Below, in pieces: positions 1 to 10,314 of a stretch of DNA of 64,000 nucleotides (position 1 is the stretch's first letter; each line of letters opens with the position of its first letter). Position numbers and translations under genes: made by a program. The notes beneath the pieces were generated by a model. The model did not search any database, was not told the DNA's origin, and saw only the letters and a program-made list of their open reading frames with translations. This DNA comes from Auanema rhodensis. Lineage: Eukaryota; Animalia; Nematoda. The stretch is from positions 19,344,001-19,408,000 of the forward strand of contig OZ059900.1 in assembly GCA_964057225.1 (NCBI GenBank). Direction: 5' to 3'.

Positions 1-342
1 AAGGTTTTGACTTACGATTTCATGTGTTCAAACTCATGCAATGTCAATGAAACCTAGCTCAAAATTGTTCCTACAACGTCTAGTTCCACTTTCACGACAA
101 CAAAACAGGGGTTAGAAAATTAAGGAAATTAGCATATTCTGAGGGCACGCCCCTTATGGCTAATATTGATTAAATCGATTTTTGTTCATATGAGTCGTCA
201 AATGCAACGAATTTCAGCGTGTTACATACTAAAATGAAGCATTTCACATGCTGAACACTAGAAAAATACAAAAACACAGTATTTCCCATGAGAAATATTT
301 TATTATGCTGGAAAACCAGTTTTTGGAAATTTCGCTGTAAAC
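1..342 (+). repeat. Representative 342-bp monomer (118 G+C of 342, multiple A/T tracts, one GC-rich core GAGGGCACGCCCC)
   Basis: Read directly from the sequence. The monomer phase is arbitrary. Confidence 0.97.
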
Positions 343-3300
343 AAGGTTTTGACTTACGATTTCATGTGTTCAAACTCATGCAATGTCAATGAAACCTAGC
401 TCAAAATTGTTCCTACAACGTCTAGTTCCACTTTCACGACAAAAAAACAGGGGTTAGAAAATTAAGGAAATTAGCATATTCTGAGGGCACACCCCTTATG
501 GCTAATATTGATTAAATCGATTTTTGTTCATATGAGTCGTCAAATGCAACGAATTTCAGCGTGTTACATACTAAAATGAAACATTTTACATGCTGAACAC
601 TAGAAAAAAACAAAAACACAGTATTTCCCATGAGAAATATTTTATTATGCTGGAAAACCAGTTTTTGGAAATTTCGCTGTAAACAAGGTTTTGACTTACG
701 ATTTCATGTGTTCAAACTCATGCAATGTCAATGAAACCTAGCTCAAAATTGTTCCTACAACGTCTAGTTCCACTTTCACGACAACAAAACAGGGGTTAGA
801 AAATTAAGGAAATTAGCATATTCTGAGGGCACGCCTCTTATGGCTAATATTGATTAAATCGATTTTTGTTCATATGAGTCGTCAAATGCAACGAATTTCA
901 GCGTGTTACATACTAAAATGAAGCATTTCACATGCTGAACACTAGAAAAATACAAAAACACAGTATTTCCCATGAGAAATATTTTATTATGCTGGAAAAC
1001 CAGTTTTTGGAAAGTTCGCTGTAAACAAGGTTTTGACTTACGATTTCATGTGTTCAAACTCATGCAATGTCAATGAAACCTAGCTCAAAATTGTTCGTAC
1101 AACGTCTAGTTCCACTTTCACGACAAAAAAACAGGGGTTAGAAAATTAAGGAAATTAGCATATTCTGAGGGCACGCCCCTTATGGCTAATATTGATTAAA
1201 TCGATTTTTGTTCATATGAGTCGTCAAATGCAATTAATTTCAGCGTGTTACATACTAAAATGAAGCATTTTACATGCTGAACACTAAAAAAATACAAAAA
1301 CACAGTATTTCCCATGAGAAATATTTTATTATGCTGGAAAACGAGTTTTTGGAAATTTCGCTGTAAACAAGGTTTTGACTTACGATTTCATGTGTTCAAA
1401 CTCATGCAATGTCAATGAAACCTAGCTCAAAATTGTTCCTACAACGTCTAGTTCCACTTTCACGACAAAAAACAGGGGTTAGAAAATTAAGGAAATTAGC
1501 ATATTCTGAGGGCACGCCCCTTATGGCTAATATTGATTAAATCGATTTTTGTTCATATGAGTCGTCAAATGCAACGAATTTCAGCGTGTTACATACTAAA
1601 ATGAAGCATTTTACATGCTGAACACTAGAAAAATACAAAAACACAGTATTTCCCATGAGAAATATTTTATTATGCTGGAAAACCAGTTTTTGGAAATTTC
1701 GCTGTAAACAAGGTTTTGACTTACGATTTCATGTGTTCAAACTCATGCAATGTCAATGAAACCTAGCTCAAAATTGTTCCTACAACGTCTAGTTCCACTT
1801 TCACGACAACAAAACAGGGGTTAGAAAATTAAGGAAATTAGCATATTCTGAGGGCACGCCCCTTATGGCTAATATTGATTAAATCGATTTTTGTTCATAT
1901 GAGTCGTCAAATGCAACGAATTTCAGCGTGTTACATACTAAAATGAAGCATTTCACATGCTGAACACTAGAAAAATACAAAAACACAGTATTTCCCATGA
2001 GAAATATTTTATTATGCTGGAAAACCAGTTTTTGGAAATTTCGCTGTAAACAAGGTTTTGACTTACGATTTCATGTGTTCAAACTCATGCAATGTCAATG
2101 AAACCTAGCTCAAAATTGTTCCTACAACGTCTAGTTCCACTTTCACGACAAAAAAACAGGGGTTAGAAAATTAAGGAAATTAGCATATTCTGAGGGCACG
2201 CCTCTTATGGCTAATATTGATTAAATCGATTTTTGTTCATATGAGTCGTCAAATGCAACGAATTTCAGCGTGTTACATACTAAAATGAAGCATTTTACAT
2301 GCTGAACACTATAAAAATACAAAAACACAGTATTTCCCATGAGAAATATTTTATTATGCTGGAAAACCAGTTTTTGGAAATTTCGCTGTAAACAAGGTTT
2401 TGACTTACGATTTCATGTGTTCAAACTCATGCAATGTCAATGAAACCTAGCTCAAAATTGTTCCTACAACGTCTAGTTCCACTTTCACGACAACAAAACA
2501 GGGGTTAGAAAATTAAGGAAATTAGCATATTCTGAGGGCACGCCTCTTATGGCTAATATTGATTAAATCGATTTTTGTTCATATGAGTCGTCAAATGCAA
2601 CGAATTTCAGCGTGTTACATACTAAAATGAAGCATTTTACATGCTGAACACTATAAAAATACAAAAACACAGTATTTCCCATGAGAAATATTTTATTATG
2701 CTGGAAAACCAGTTTTTGGAAATTTCGCTGTAAACAAGGTTTTGACTTACGATTTCATGTGTTCAAACTCATGCAATGTCAATGAAACCTAGCTCAAAAT
2801 TGTTCCTACAACGTCTAGTTCCACTTTCACGACAACAAAACAGGGGTTAGAAAATTAAGGAAATTAGCATATTCTGAGGGCACGCCCCTTATGGCTAATA
2901 TTGATTAAATCGATTTTTGTTCATATGAGTCGTCAAATGCAACGAATTTCAGCGTGTTACATACTAAAATGAAGCATTTCACATGCTGAACACTAGAAAA
3001 ATACAAAAACACAGTATTTCCCATGAGAAATATTTTATTATGCTGGAAAACCAGTTTTTGGAAATTTCGCTGTAAACAAGGTTTTGACTTACGATTTCAT
3101 GTGTTCAAACTCATGCAATGTCAATGAAACCTAGCTCAAAATTGTTCCTACAACGTCTAGTTCCACTTTCACGACAACAAAACAGGGGTTAGAAAATTAA
3201 GGAAATTAGCATATTCTGAGGGCACGCCCCTTATGGCTAATATTGATTAAATCGATTTTTGTTCATATGAGTCGTCAAATGCAACGAATTTCAGCGTGTT

Positions 3301-5442
3301 ACATACTAAAATGAAGCATTTCACATGCTGAACACTAGAAAAATACAAAAACACAGTATTTCCCATGAGAAATATTTTATTATGCTGGAAAACCAGTTTT
3401 TGGAAATTTCGCTGTAAACAAGGTTTTGACTTACGATTTCATGTGTTCAAACTCATGCAATGTCAATGAAACCTAGCTCAAAATTGTTCCTACAACGTCT
3501 AGTTCCACTTTCACGACAACAAAACAGGGGTTAGAAAATTAAGGAAATTAGCATATTCTGAGGGCACGCCCCTTATGGCTAATATTGATTAAAACGATTT
3601 TTGTTCATATGAGTCGTCAAATGCAACGAATTTCAGCGTGTTACATACTAAAATGAAGCATTTCACATGCTGAACACTAGAAAAATACAAAAACACAGTA
3701 TTTCCCATGAGAAATATTTTATTATGCTGGAAAACCAGTTTTTGGAAATTTCGCTGTAAACAAGGTTTTGACTTACGATTTCATGTGTTCAAACTCCTGC
3801 AATGTCAATGAAACCTAGCTCAAAATTGTTCGTACAACGTCTAGTTCCACTTTCACGACAAAAAAACAGGGGTTAGAAAATTAAGGAAATTAGCATATTC
3901 TGAGGGCACGCCCCTTATGGCTAATATTGATAAATCGATTTTTGTTCATATGAGTCGTCAAATGCAATTAATTTCAGCGTGTTACATACTAAAATGAAGC
4001 ATTTTACATGCTGAACACTAAAAAAATACAAAAACACAGTATTTCCCATGAGAAATATTTTATTATGCTGGAAAACGAGTTTTTGGAAATTTCGCTGTAA
4101 ACAAGGTTTTGACTTACGATTTCATGTGTTCAAACTCATGCAATGTCAATGAAACCTAGCTCAAAATTGTTCCTACAACGTCTAGTTCCACTTTCACGAC
4201 AAAAAAAGAGGGGTTAGAAAATTAAGGAAATTAGCATATTCTGAGGGCACGCCCTTTATGGCTAATATTGATTAAATCGATTTTTGTTCATATGAGTCGT
4301 CAAATGCAACGAATTTCAGCGTGTTACATACTAAAATGAAACATTTTACATGCTGAACACTAAAAAAATACAAAAACACAGTATTTCCCATGAGAAATAT
4401 TTTATTATGCTGGAAAACGAGTTTTTGGAAATTTCGCTGTAAACAAGGTTTTGACTTACGATTTCATGTGTTCAAACTCATGCAATGTCAATGAAACCTA
4501 GCTCAAAATTGTTCCTACAACGTCTAGTTCCACTTTCACGACAAAAAAACAGGGGTTAGAAAATTAAGGAAATTAGCATATTCTGAGGGCACGCCCCTTA
4601 TGGCTAATATTGATTAAATCGATTTTTGTTCATATGAGTCGTCAAATGCAACGAATTTCAGCGTGTTACATACTAAAATGAAGCATTTTACATGCTGAAC
4701 ACTAGAAAAATACAAAAACACAGTATTTCTCATGAGAAATATTTTATTATGCTGGAAAACCAGTTTTTGGAAATTTCGCTGTAAACAAGGTTTTGACTTA
4801 CGATTTCATGTGTTCAAACTCATGCAATGTCAATAAAACCTAGCTCAAAATTGTTCGTACAACGTCTAGTTCCACTTTCACGACAAAAAAACAGGGGTTA
4901 GAAAATTAAGGAAATTAGCATATTCTGAAGGCACGCCCCTTATGGCTAATATTGATTAAATCGATTTTTGTTCATATGAGTCGTCAAATGCAACGAATTT
5001 CAGCGTGTTACATACTAAAATGAAGCATTTTACATGCTGAACACTATAAAAATACAAAAACACAGTATTTCCCATGAGAAATATTTTATTATGCTGGAAA
5101 ACCAGTTTTTGGAAATTTCGCTGTAAACAAGGTTTTGACTTACGATTTCATGTGTTCAAACTCATGCAATGTCAATGAAACCTAGCTTAAAATTGTTCCT
5201 ACAACGTCTAGTTCCACTTTCACGACAACAAAACAGGGGTTAGAAAATTAAGGAAATTAGCATATTCTGAGGGCACGCCCCTTATGGCTAATATTGATTA
5301 AATCGATTTTTGTTCATATGAGTCGTCAAATGCAACGAATTTCAGCGTGTTACATACTAAAATGAAGCATTTCACATGCTGAACACTAGAAAAATACAAA
5401 AACACAGTATTTCCCATGAGAAATATTTTATTATGCTGGAAA
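1..5442 (+). repeat. 342-bp satellite DNA array, orientation A (~16 monomers, runs off the left edge)
   Basis: AAGGTTTTGACTTACGATTTC recurs at 1, 343, 685, 1027 and onward (period 342, occasionally 341). Copies differ by only a few substitutions. The forward match ends at ...TTATGCTGGAAA (5442). Confidence 0.99.
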
Positions 5443-5446
5443 TTTC
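5367..5446. other. Inversion junction: 77-bp unpaired spacer (5367-5443) between long inverted satellite arms
   Basis: The left arm ends ...CATACTAAAATGAA (5366) and the right arm begins TTCATTTTAGTATG (5444). The junction reads GCTGGAAATTTCATTTT. Confidence 0.95.
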
Positions 5447-5748
5447 ATTTTAGTATGTAACACGCTGAAATTCGTTGCATTTGACGACTCATAGGAACAA
5501 AAATCGATTTAATCAATATTAGCCATAAGGGGCGTGCCCTCAGAATATGCTAATTTCCTTAATTTTCTAACCCCTGTTTTTTGTCGTGAAAGTGGAACTA
5601 GACGTTGTAGGAACAATTTTGAGCTAGGTTTCATTGACATTGCATGAGTTTGAACACATGAAATCGTAAGTCAAAACCTTGTTTACAGCGAAATTTCCAA
5701 AAACTGGTTTTCCAGCATAATAAAATATTTCTCATGGGAAATACTGTG

Positions 5749-5766
5749 TTTTATTTTTTTTTATTT
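5749..5766. repeat. 13-bp T-rich insertion variant (355-bp monomer), copy 1
   Basis: The consensus GTG-TTTTT-GTAT is replaced by GTG-TTTTATTTTTTTTTATTT-GTAT, and the local period is 355. Confidence 0.9.
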
Positions 5767-6787
5767 GTATTTTTATAGTGTTCAGCATGTAAAATGCTTC
5801 ATTTTAGTATGTAACACGCTGAAATTCGTTGCATTTGACGACTCATATGAACAAAAATCGATTTAATCAATATTAGCCATAAGGGGCGTGCCCTCAGAAT
5901 ATGCTAATTTCCTTAATTTTCTAACCCCTGTTTTTTTGTCGTGAAAGTGGAACTAGACGTTGTACGAACAATTTTGAGCTAGGTTTTATTGACATTGCAT
6001 GAGTTTGAACACATGAAATCGTAAGTCAAAACCTTGTTTACAGCGAAATTTCCAAAAACTGGTTTTCCAGCATAATAAAATATTTCTCATGAGAAATACT
6101 GTGTTTTTGTATTTTTCTAGTGTTCAGCATGTAAAATGCTTCATTTTAGTATGTAACACGCTGAAATTCGTTGCATTTGACGATTCATATGAACAAAAAT
6201 CGATTTAATCAATATTAGCCATAAGGGGCGTGCCCTCAGAATATGCTAATTTCCTTAATTTTCTAACCCCTGTTTTTTTGTCGTGAAAGTGGAACTAGAC
6301 GTTGTACGAACAATTTTGAGCTAGGTTTCATTGACATTGCATGAGTTTGAACACATGAAATCGTAAGTCAAAACCTTGTTTACAGCGAAATTTCCAAAAA
6401 CTGGTTTTCCAGCATAATAAAATATTTCTCATGGGAAATACTGTGTTTTTGTATTTTTATAGTGTTCAGCATGTAAAATGTTTCATTTTAGTATGTAACA
6501 CGCTGAAATTCGTTGCATTTGACGACTCATATGAACAAAAATCGATTTAATCAATATTAGCCATAAAGGGCGTGCCCTCAGAATATGCTAATTTCCTTAA
6601 TTTTCTAACCCCTCTTTTTTTGTCGTGAAAGTGGAACTAGACGTTGTAGGAACAATTTTGAGCTAGGTTTCATTGACATTGCATGAGTTTGAACACATGA
6701 AATCGTAAGTCAAAACCTTGTTTACAGCGAAATTTCCAAAAACTGGTTTTCCAGCATAATAAAATATTTCTCATGGGAAATACTGTG

Positions 6788-6805
6788 TTTTATTTTTTTT
6801 TATTT
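6788..6805. repeat. 13-bp T-rich insertion variant, copy 2
   Basis: Identical insertion 1039 bp (3x342+13) downstream of copy 1. Confidence 0.9.
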
Positions 6806-9800
6806 GTATTTTTATAGTGTTCAGCATGTAAAATGCTTCATTTTAGTATGTAACACGCTGAAATTCGTTGCATTTGACGACTCATATGAACAAAAATCGA
6901 TTTAATCAATATTAGCCATAAGGGGCGTGCCCTCAGAATATGCTAATTTCCTTAATTTTCTAACCCCTGTTTTTTTGTCGTGAAAGTGGAACTAGACGTT
7001 GTACGAACAATTTTGAGCTAGGTTTTATTGACATTGCATGAGTTTGAACACATGAAATCGTAAGTCAAAACCTTGTTTACAGCGAAATTTCCAAAAACTG
7101 GTTTTCCAGCATAATAAAATATTTCTCATGAGAAATACTGTGTTTTTGTATTTTTCTAGTGTTCAGCATGTAAAATGCTTCATTTTAGTATGTAACACGC
7201 TGAAATTCGTTGCATTTGACGATTCATATGAACAAAAATCGATTTAATCAATATTAGCCATAAGGGGCGTGCCCTCAGAATATGCTAATTTCCTTAATTT
7301 TCTAACCCCTGTTTTTTTGTCGTGAAAGTGGAACTAGACGTTGTACGAACAATTTTGAGCTAGGTTTCATTGACATTGCATGAGTTTGAACACATGAAAT
7401 CGTAAGTCAAAACCTTGTTTACAGCGAAATTTCCAAAAACTGGTTTTCCAGCATAATAAAATATTTCTCATGGGAAATACTGTGTTTTTGTATTTTTATA
7501 GTGTTCAGCATGTAAAATGTTTCATTTTAGTATGTAACACGCTGAAATTCGTTGCATTTGACGACTCATATGAACAAAAATCGATTTAATCAATATTAGC
7601 CATAAAGGGCGTGCCCTCAGAATATGCTAATTTCCTTAATTTTCTAACCCCTCTTTTTTTGTCGTGAAAGTGGAACTAGACGTTGTAGGAACAATTTTGA
7701 GCTAGGTTTCATTGACATTGCATGAGTTTGAACACATGAAATCGTAAGTCAAAACCTTGTTTACAGCGAAATTTCCAAAAACTGGTTTTCCAGCATAATA
7801 AAATATTTCTCATGGGAAATACTGTGTTTTTGTATTTTTATAGTGTTCAGCATGTAAAATGCTTCATTTTAGTATGTAACACGCTGAAATTCGTTGCATT
7901 TGACGACTCATATGAACAAAAATCGATTTAATCAATATTAGCCATAAAGGGCGTGCCCTCAGAATATGCTAATTTCCTTAATTTTCTAACCACTGTTTTT
8001 TTGTCGTGAAAGTGGAACTAGACGTTGTAGGAACAATTTTGAGCTAGGTTTCATTGACATTGCATGAGTTTGAACACATGAAATCGTAAGTCAAAACCTT
8101 GTTTACAGCGAAATTTCCAAAAACTCGTTTTCCAGCATAATAAAATATTTCTCATGGGAAATACTGTGTTTTTGTATTTTTTTAGTGTTCAGCATGTAAA
8201 ATGCTTCATTTTAGTATGTAACACGCTGAAATTAATTGCATTTGACGACTCATATGAACAAAAATCGATTTAATCAATATTAGCCATAAGGGGCGTGCCC
8301 TCAGAATATGCTAATTTCCTTAATTTTCTAACCCCTGTTTTTTTGTCGTGAAAGTGGAACTAGACGTTGTACGAACAATTTTGAGCTAGGTTTCATTGAC
8401 ATTGCATGAGTTTGAACACATGAAATCGTAAGTCAAAACCTTGTTTACAGCGAAATTTCCAAAAACTGGTTTTCCAGCATAATAAAATATTTCTCATGGG
8501 AAATACTGTGTTTTTGTATTTTTATAGTGTTCAGCATGTAAAATGTTTCATTTTAGTATGTAACACGCTGAAATTCGTTGCATTTGACGACTCATATGAA
8601 CAAAAATCGATTTAATCAATATTAGCCATAAAGGGCGTGCCCTCAGAATATGCTAATTTCCTTAATTTTCTAACCCCTCTTTTTTTGTCGTGAAAGTGGA
8701 ACTAGACGTTGTAGGAACAATTTTGAGCTAGGTTTCATTGACATTGCATGAGTTTGAACACATGAAATCGTAAGTCAAAACCTTGTTTACAGCGAAATTT
8801 CCAAAAACTGGTTTTCCAGCATAATAAAATATTTCTCATGGGAAATACTGTGTTTTTGTATTTTTATAGTGTTCAGCATGTAAAATGCTTCATTTTAGTA
8901 TGTAACACGCTGAAATTCGTTGCATTTGACGACTCATATGAACAAAAATCGATTTAATCAATATTAGCCATAAAGGGCGTGCCCTCAGAATATGCTAATT
9001 TCCTTAATTTTCTAACCACTGTTTTTTTGTCGTGAAAGTGGAACTAGACGTTGTAGGAACAATTTTGAGCTAGGTTTCATTGACATTGCATGAGTTTGAA
9101 CACATGAAATCGTAAGTCAAAACCTTGTTTACAGCGAAATTTCCAAAAACTCGTTTTCCAGCATAATAAAATATTTCTCATGGGAAATACTGTGTTTTTG
9201 TATTTTTTTAGTGTTCAGCATGTAAAATGCTTCATTTTAGTATGTAACACGCTGAAATTAATTGCATTTGACGACTCATATGAACAAAAATCGATTTAAT
9301 CAATATTAGCCATAAGGGGCGTGCCCTCAGAATATGCTAATTTCCTTAATTTTCTAACCCCTGTTTTTTTGTCGTGAAAGTGGAACTAGACGTTGTACGA
9401 ACAATTTTGAGCTAGGTTTCATTGACATTGCATGAGTTTGAACACATGAAATCGTAAGTCAAAACCTTGTTTACAGCGAAATTTCCAAAAACTGGTTTTC
9501 CAGCATAATAAAATATTTCTCATGGGAAATACTGTGTTTTTGTATTTTTCTAGTGTTCAGCATGTGAAATGCTTCATTTTAGTATGTAACACGCTGAAAT
9601 TCGTTGCATTTGACGACTCATATGAACCAAAATCGATTTAATCAATATTAGCCATAAGGGGTGTGCCCTCAGAATATGCTAATTTCCTTAATTTTCTAAC
9701 CCCTGTTTTGTTGTCGTGAAAGTGGAACTAGACGTTGTAGGAACAATTTTGAGCTAGGTTTCATTGACATTGCATGAGTTTGAACACATGAAATCGTAAG

Positions 9801-10166
9801 TCAAAACCTTGTTTACAGCGAAATTTCCAAAAACTGGTTTTCCAGCATAATAAAATATTTCTCATGGGAAATACTGTGTTTTTGTATTTTTATAGTGTTC
9901 AGCATGTAAAATGCTTCATTTTAGTATGTAACACGCTGAAATTCGTTGCATTTGACGACTCATATGAACAAAAATCGATTTAATCAATATTAGCCATAAG
10001 AGGCGTGCCCTCAGAATATGCTAATTTCCTTAATTTTCTAACCCCTGTTTTTTTGTCGTGAAAGTGGAACTAGACGTTGTAATAACAATTTTGAGCTAGG
10101 TTTCATTGACATTGCATGAGTTTGAACACATGAAATCGTAAGTCAAAACCTTGTTTACAGCGAAAT

Positions 10167-10314
10167 TTCAAAAACTGGTTTTCCAGCATAATAAAATATT
10201 TCTCATGGGAAATACTGTGTTTTTGTATTTTTCTAGTGTTCAAAAACTGGTTTTCCAGCATAATAAAATATTTCTCATGGGAAATACTGTGTTTTTGTAT
10301 TTTTCTAGTGTTCA
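10167..10314. repeat. 72-bp internal tandem duplication (413-bp variant monomer), copy 1
   Basis: TTCAAAAACTGG...CTAGTG occurs at 10167-10238 and 10239-10310, followed by TTCA. It matches the 24-aa repeat in the ORF track. Confidence 0.95.

Noticed and set aside
107-115. Telomere-like GGGTTAG
   Set aside because: It is a single isolated unit per monomer with no tandem telomeric run.
128-164. tRNA/5S-derived unit or intrinsic terminator
   Set aside because: There is no cloverleaf, no convincing Pol III A/B boxes and no transcription-unit context; it is only a short hairpin.
1-342. Primate alpha-satellite dimer (2x171 bp)
   Set aside because: The length matches only by coincidence. The two halves are not clearly homologous and I do not recognise alphoid sequence.
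1-342. Assignment to a named satellite family or species
   Set aside because: AT-rich satellites of about 340-360 bp occur in several unrelated taxa, and I cannot recognise this sequence with confidence. A database search is required.
5470-5486. CENP-B-box-like motif ATTCGTTGCATTTGACG
   Set aside because: It matches TTCG and the central A but lacks the CGGG half (6 of 9 core positions), which is not enough to call a functional box.
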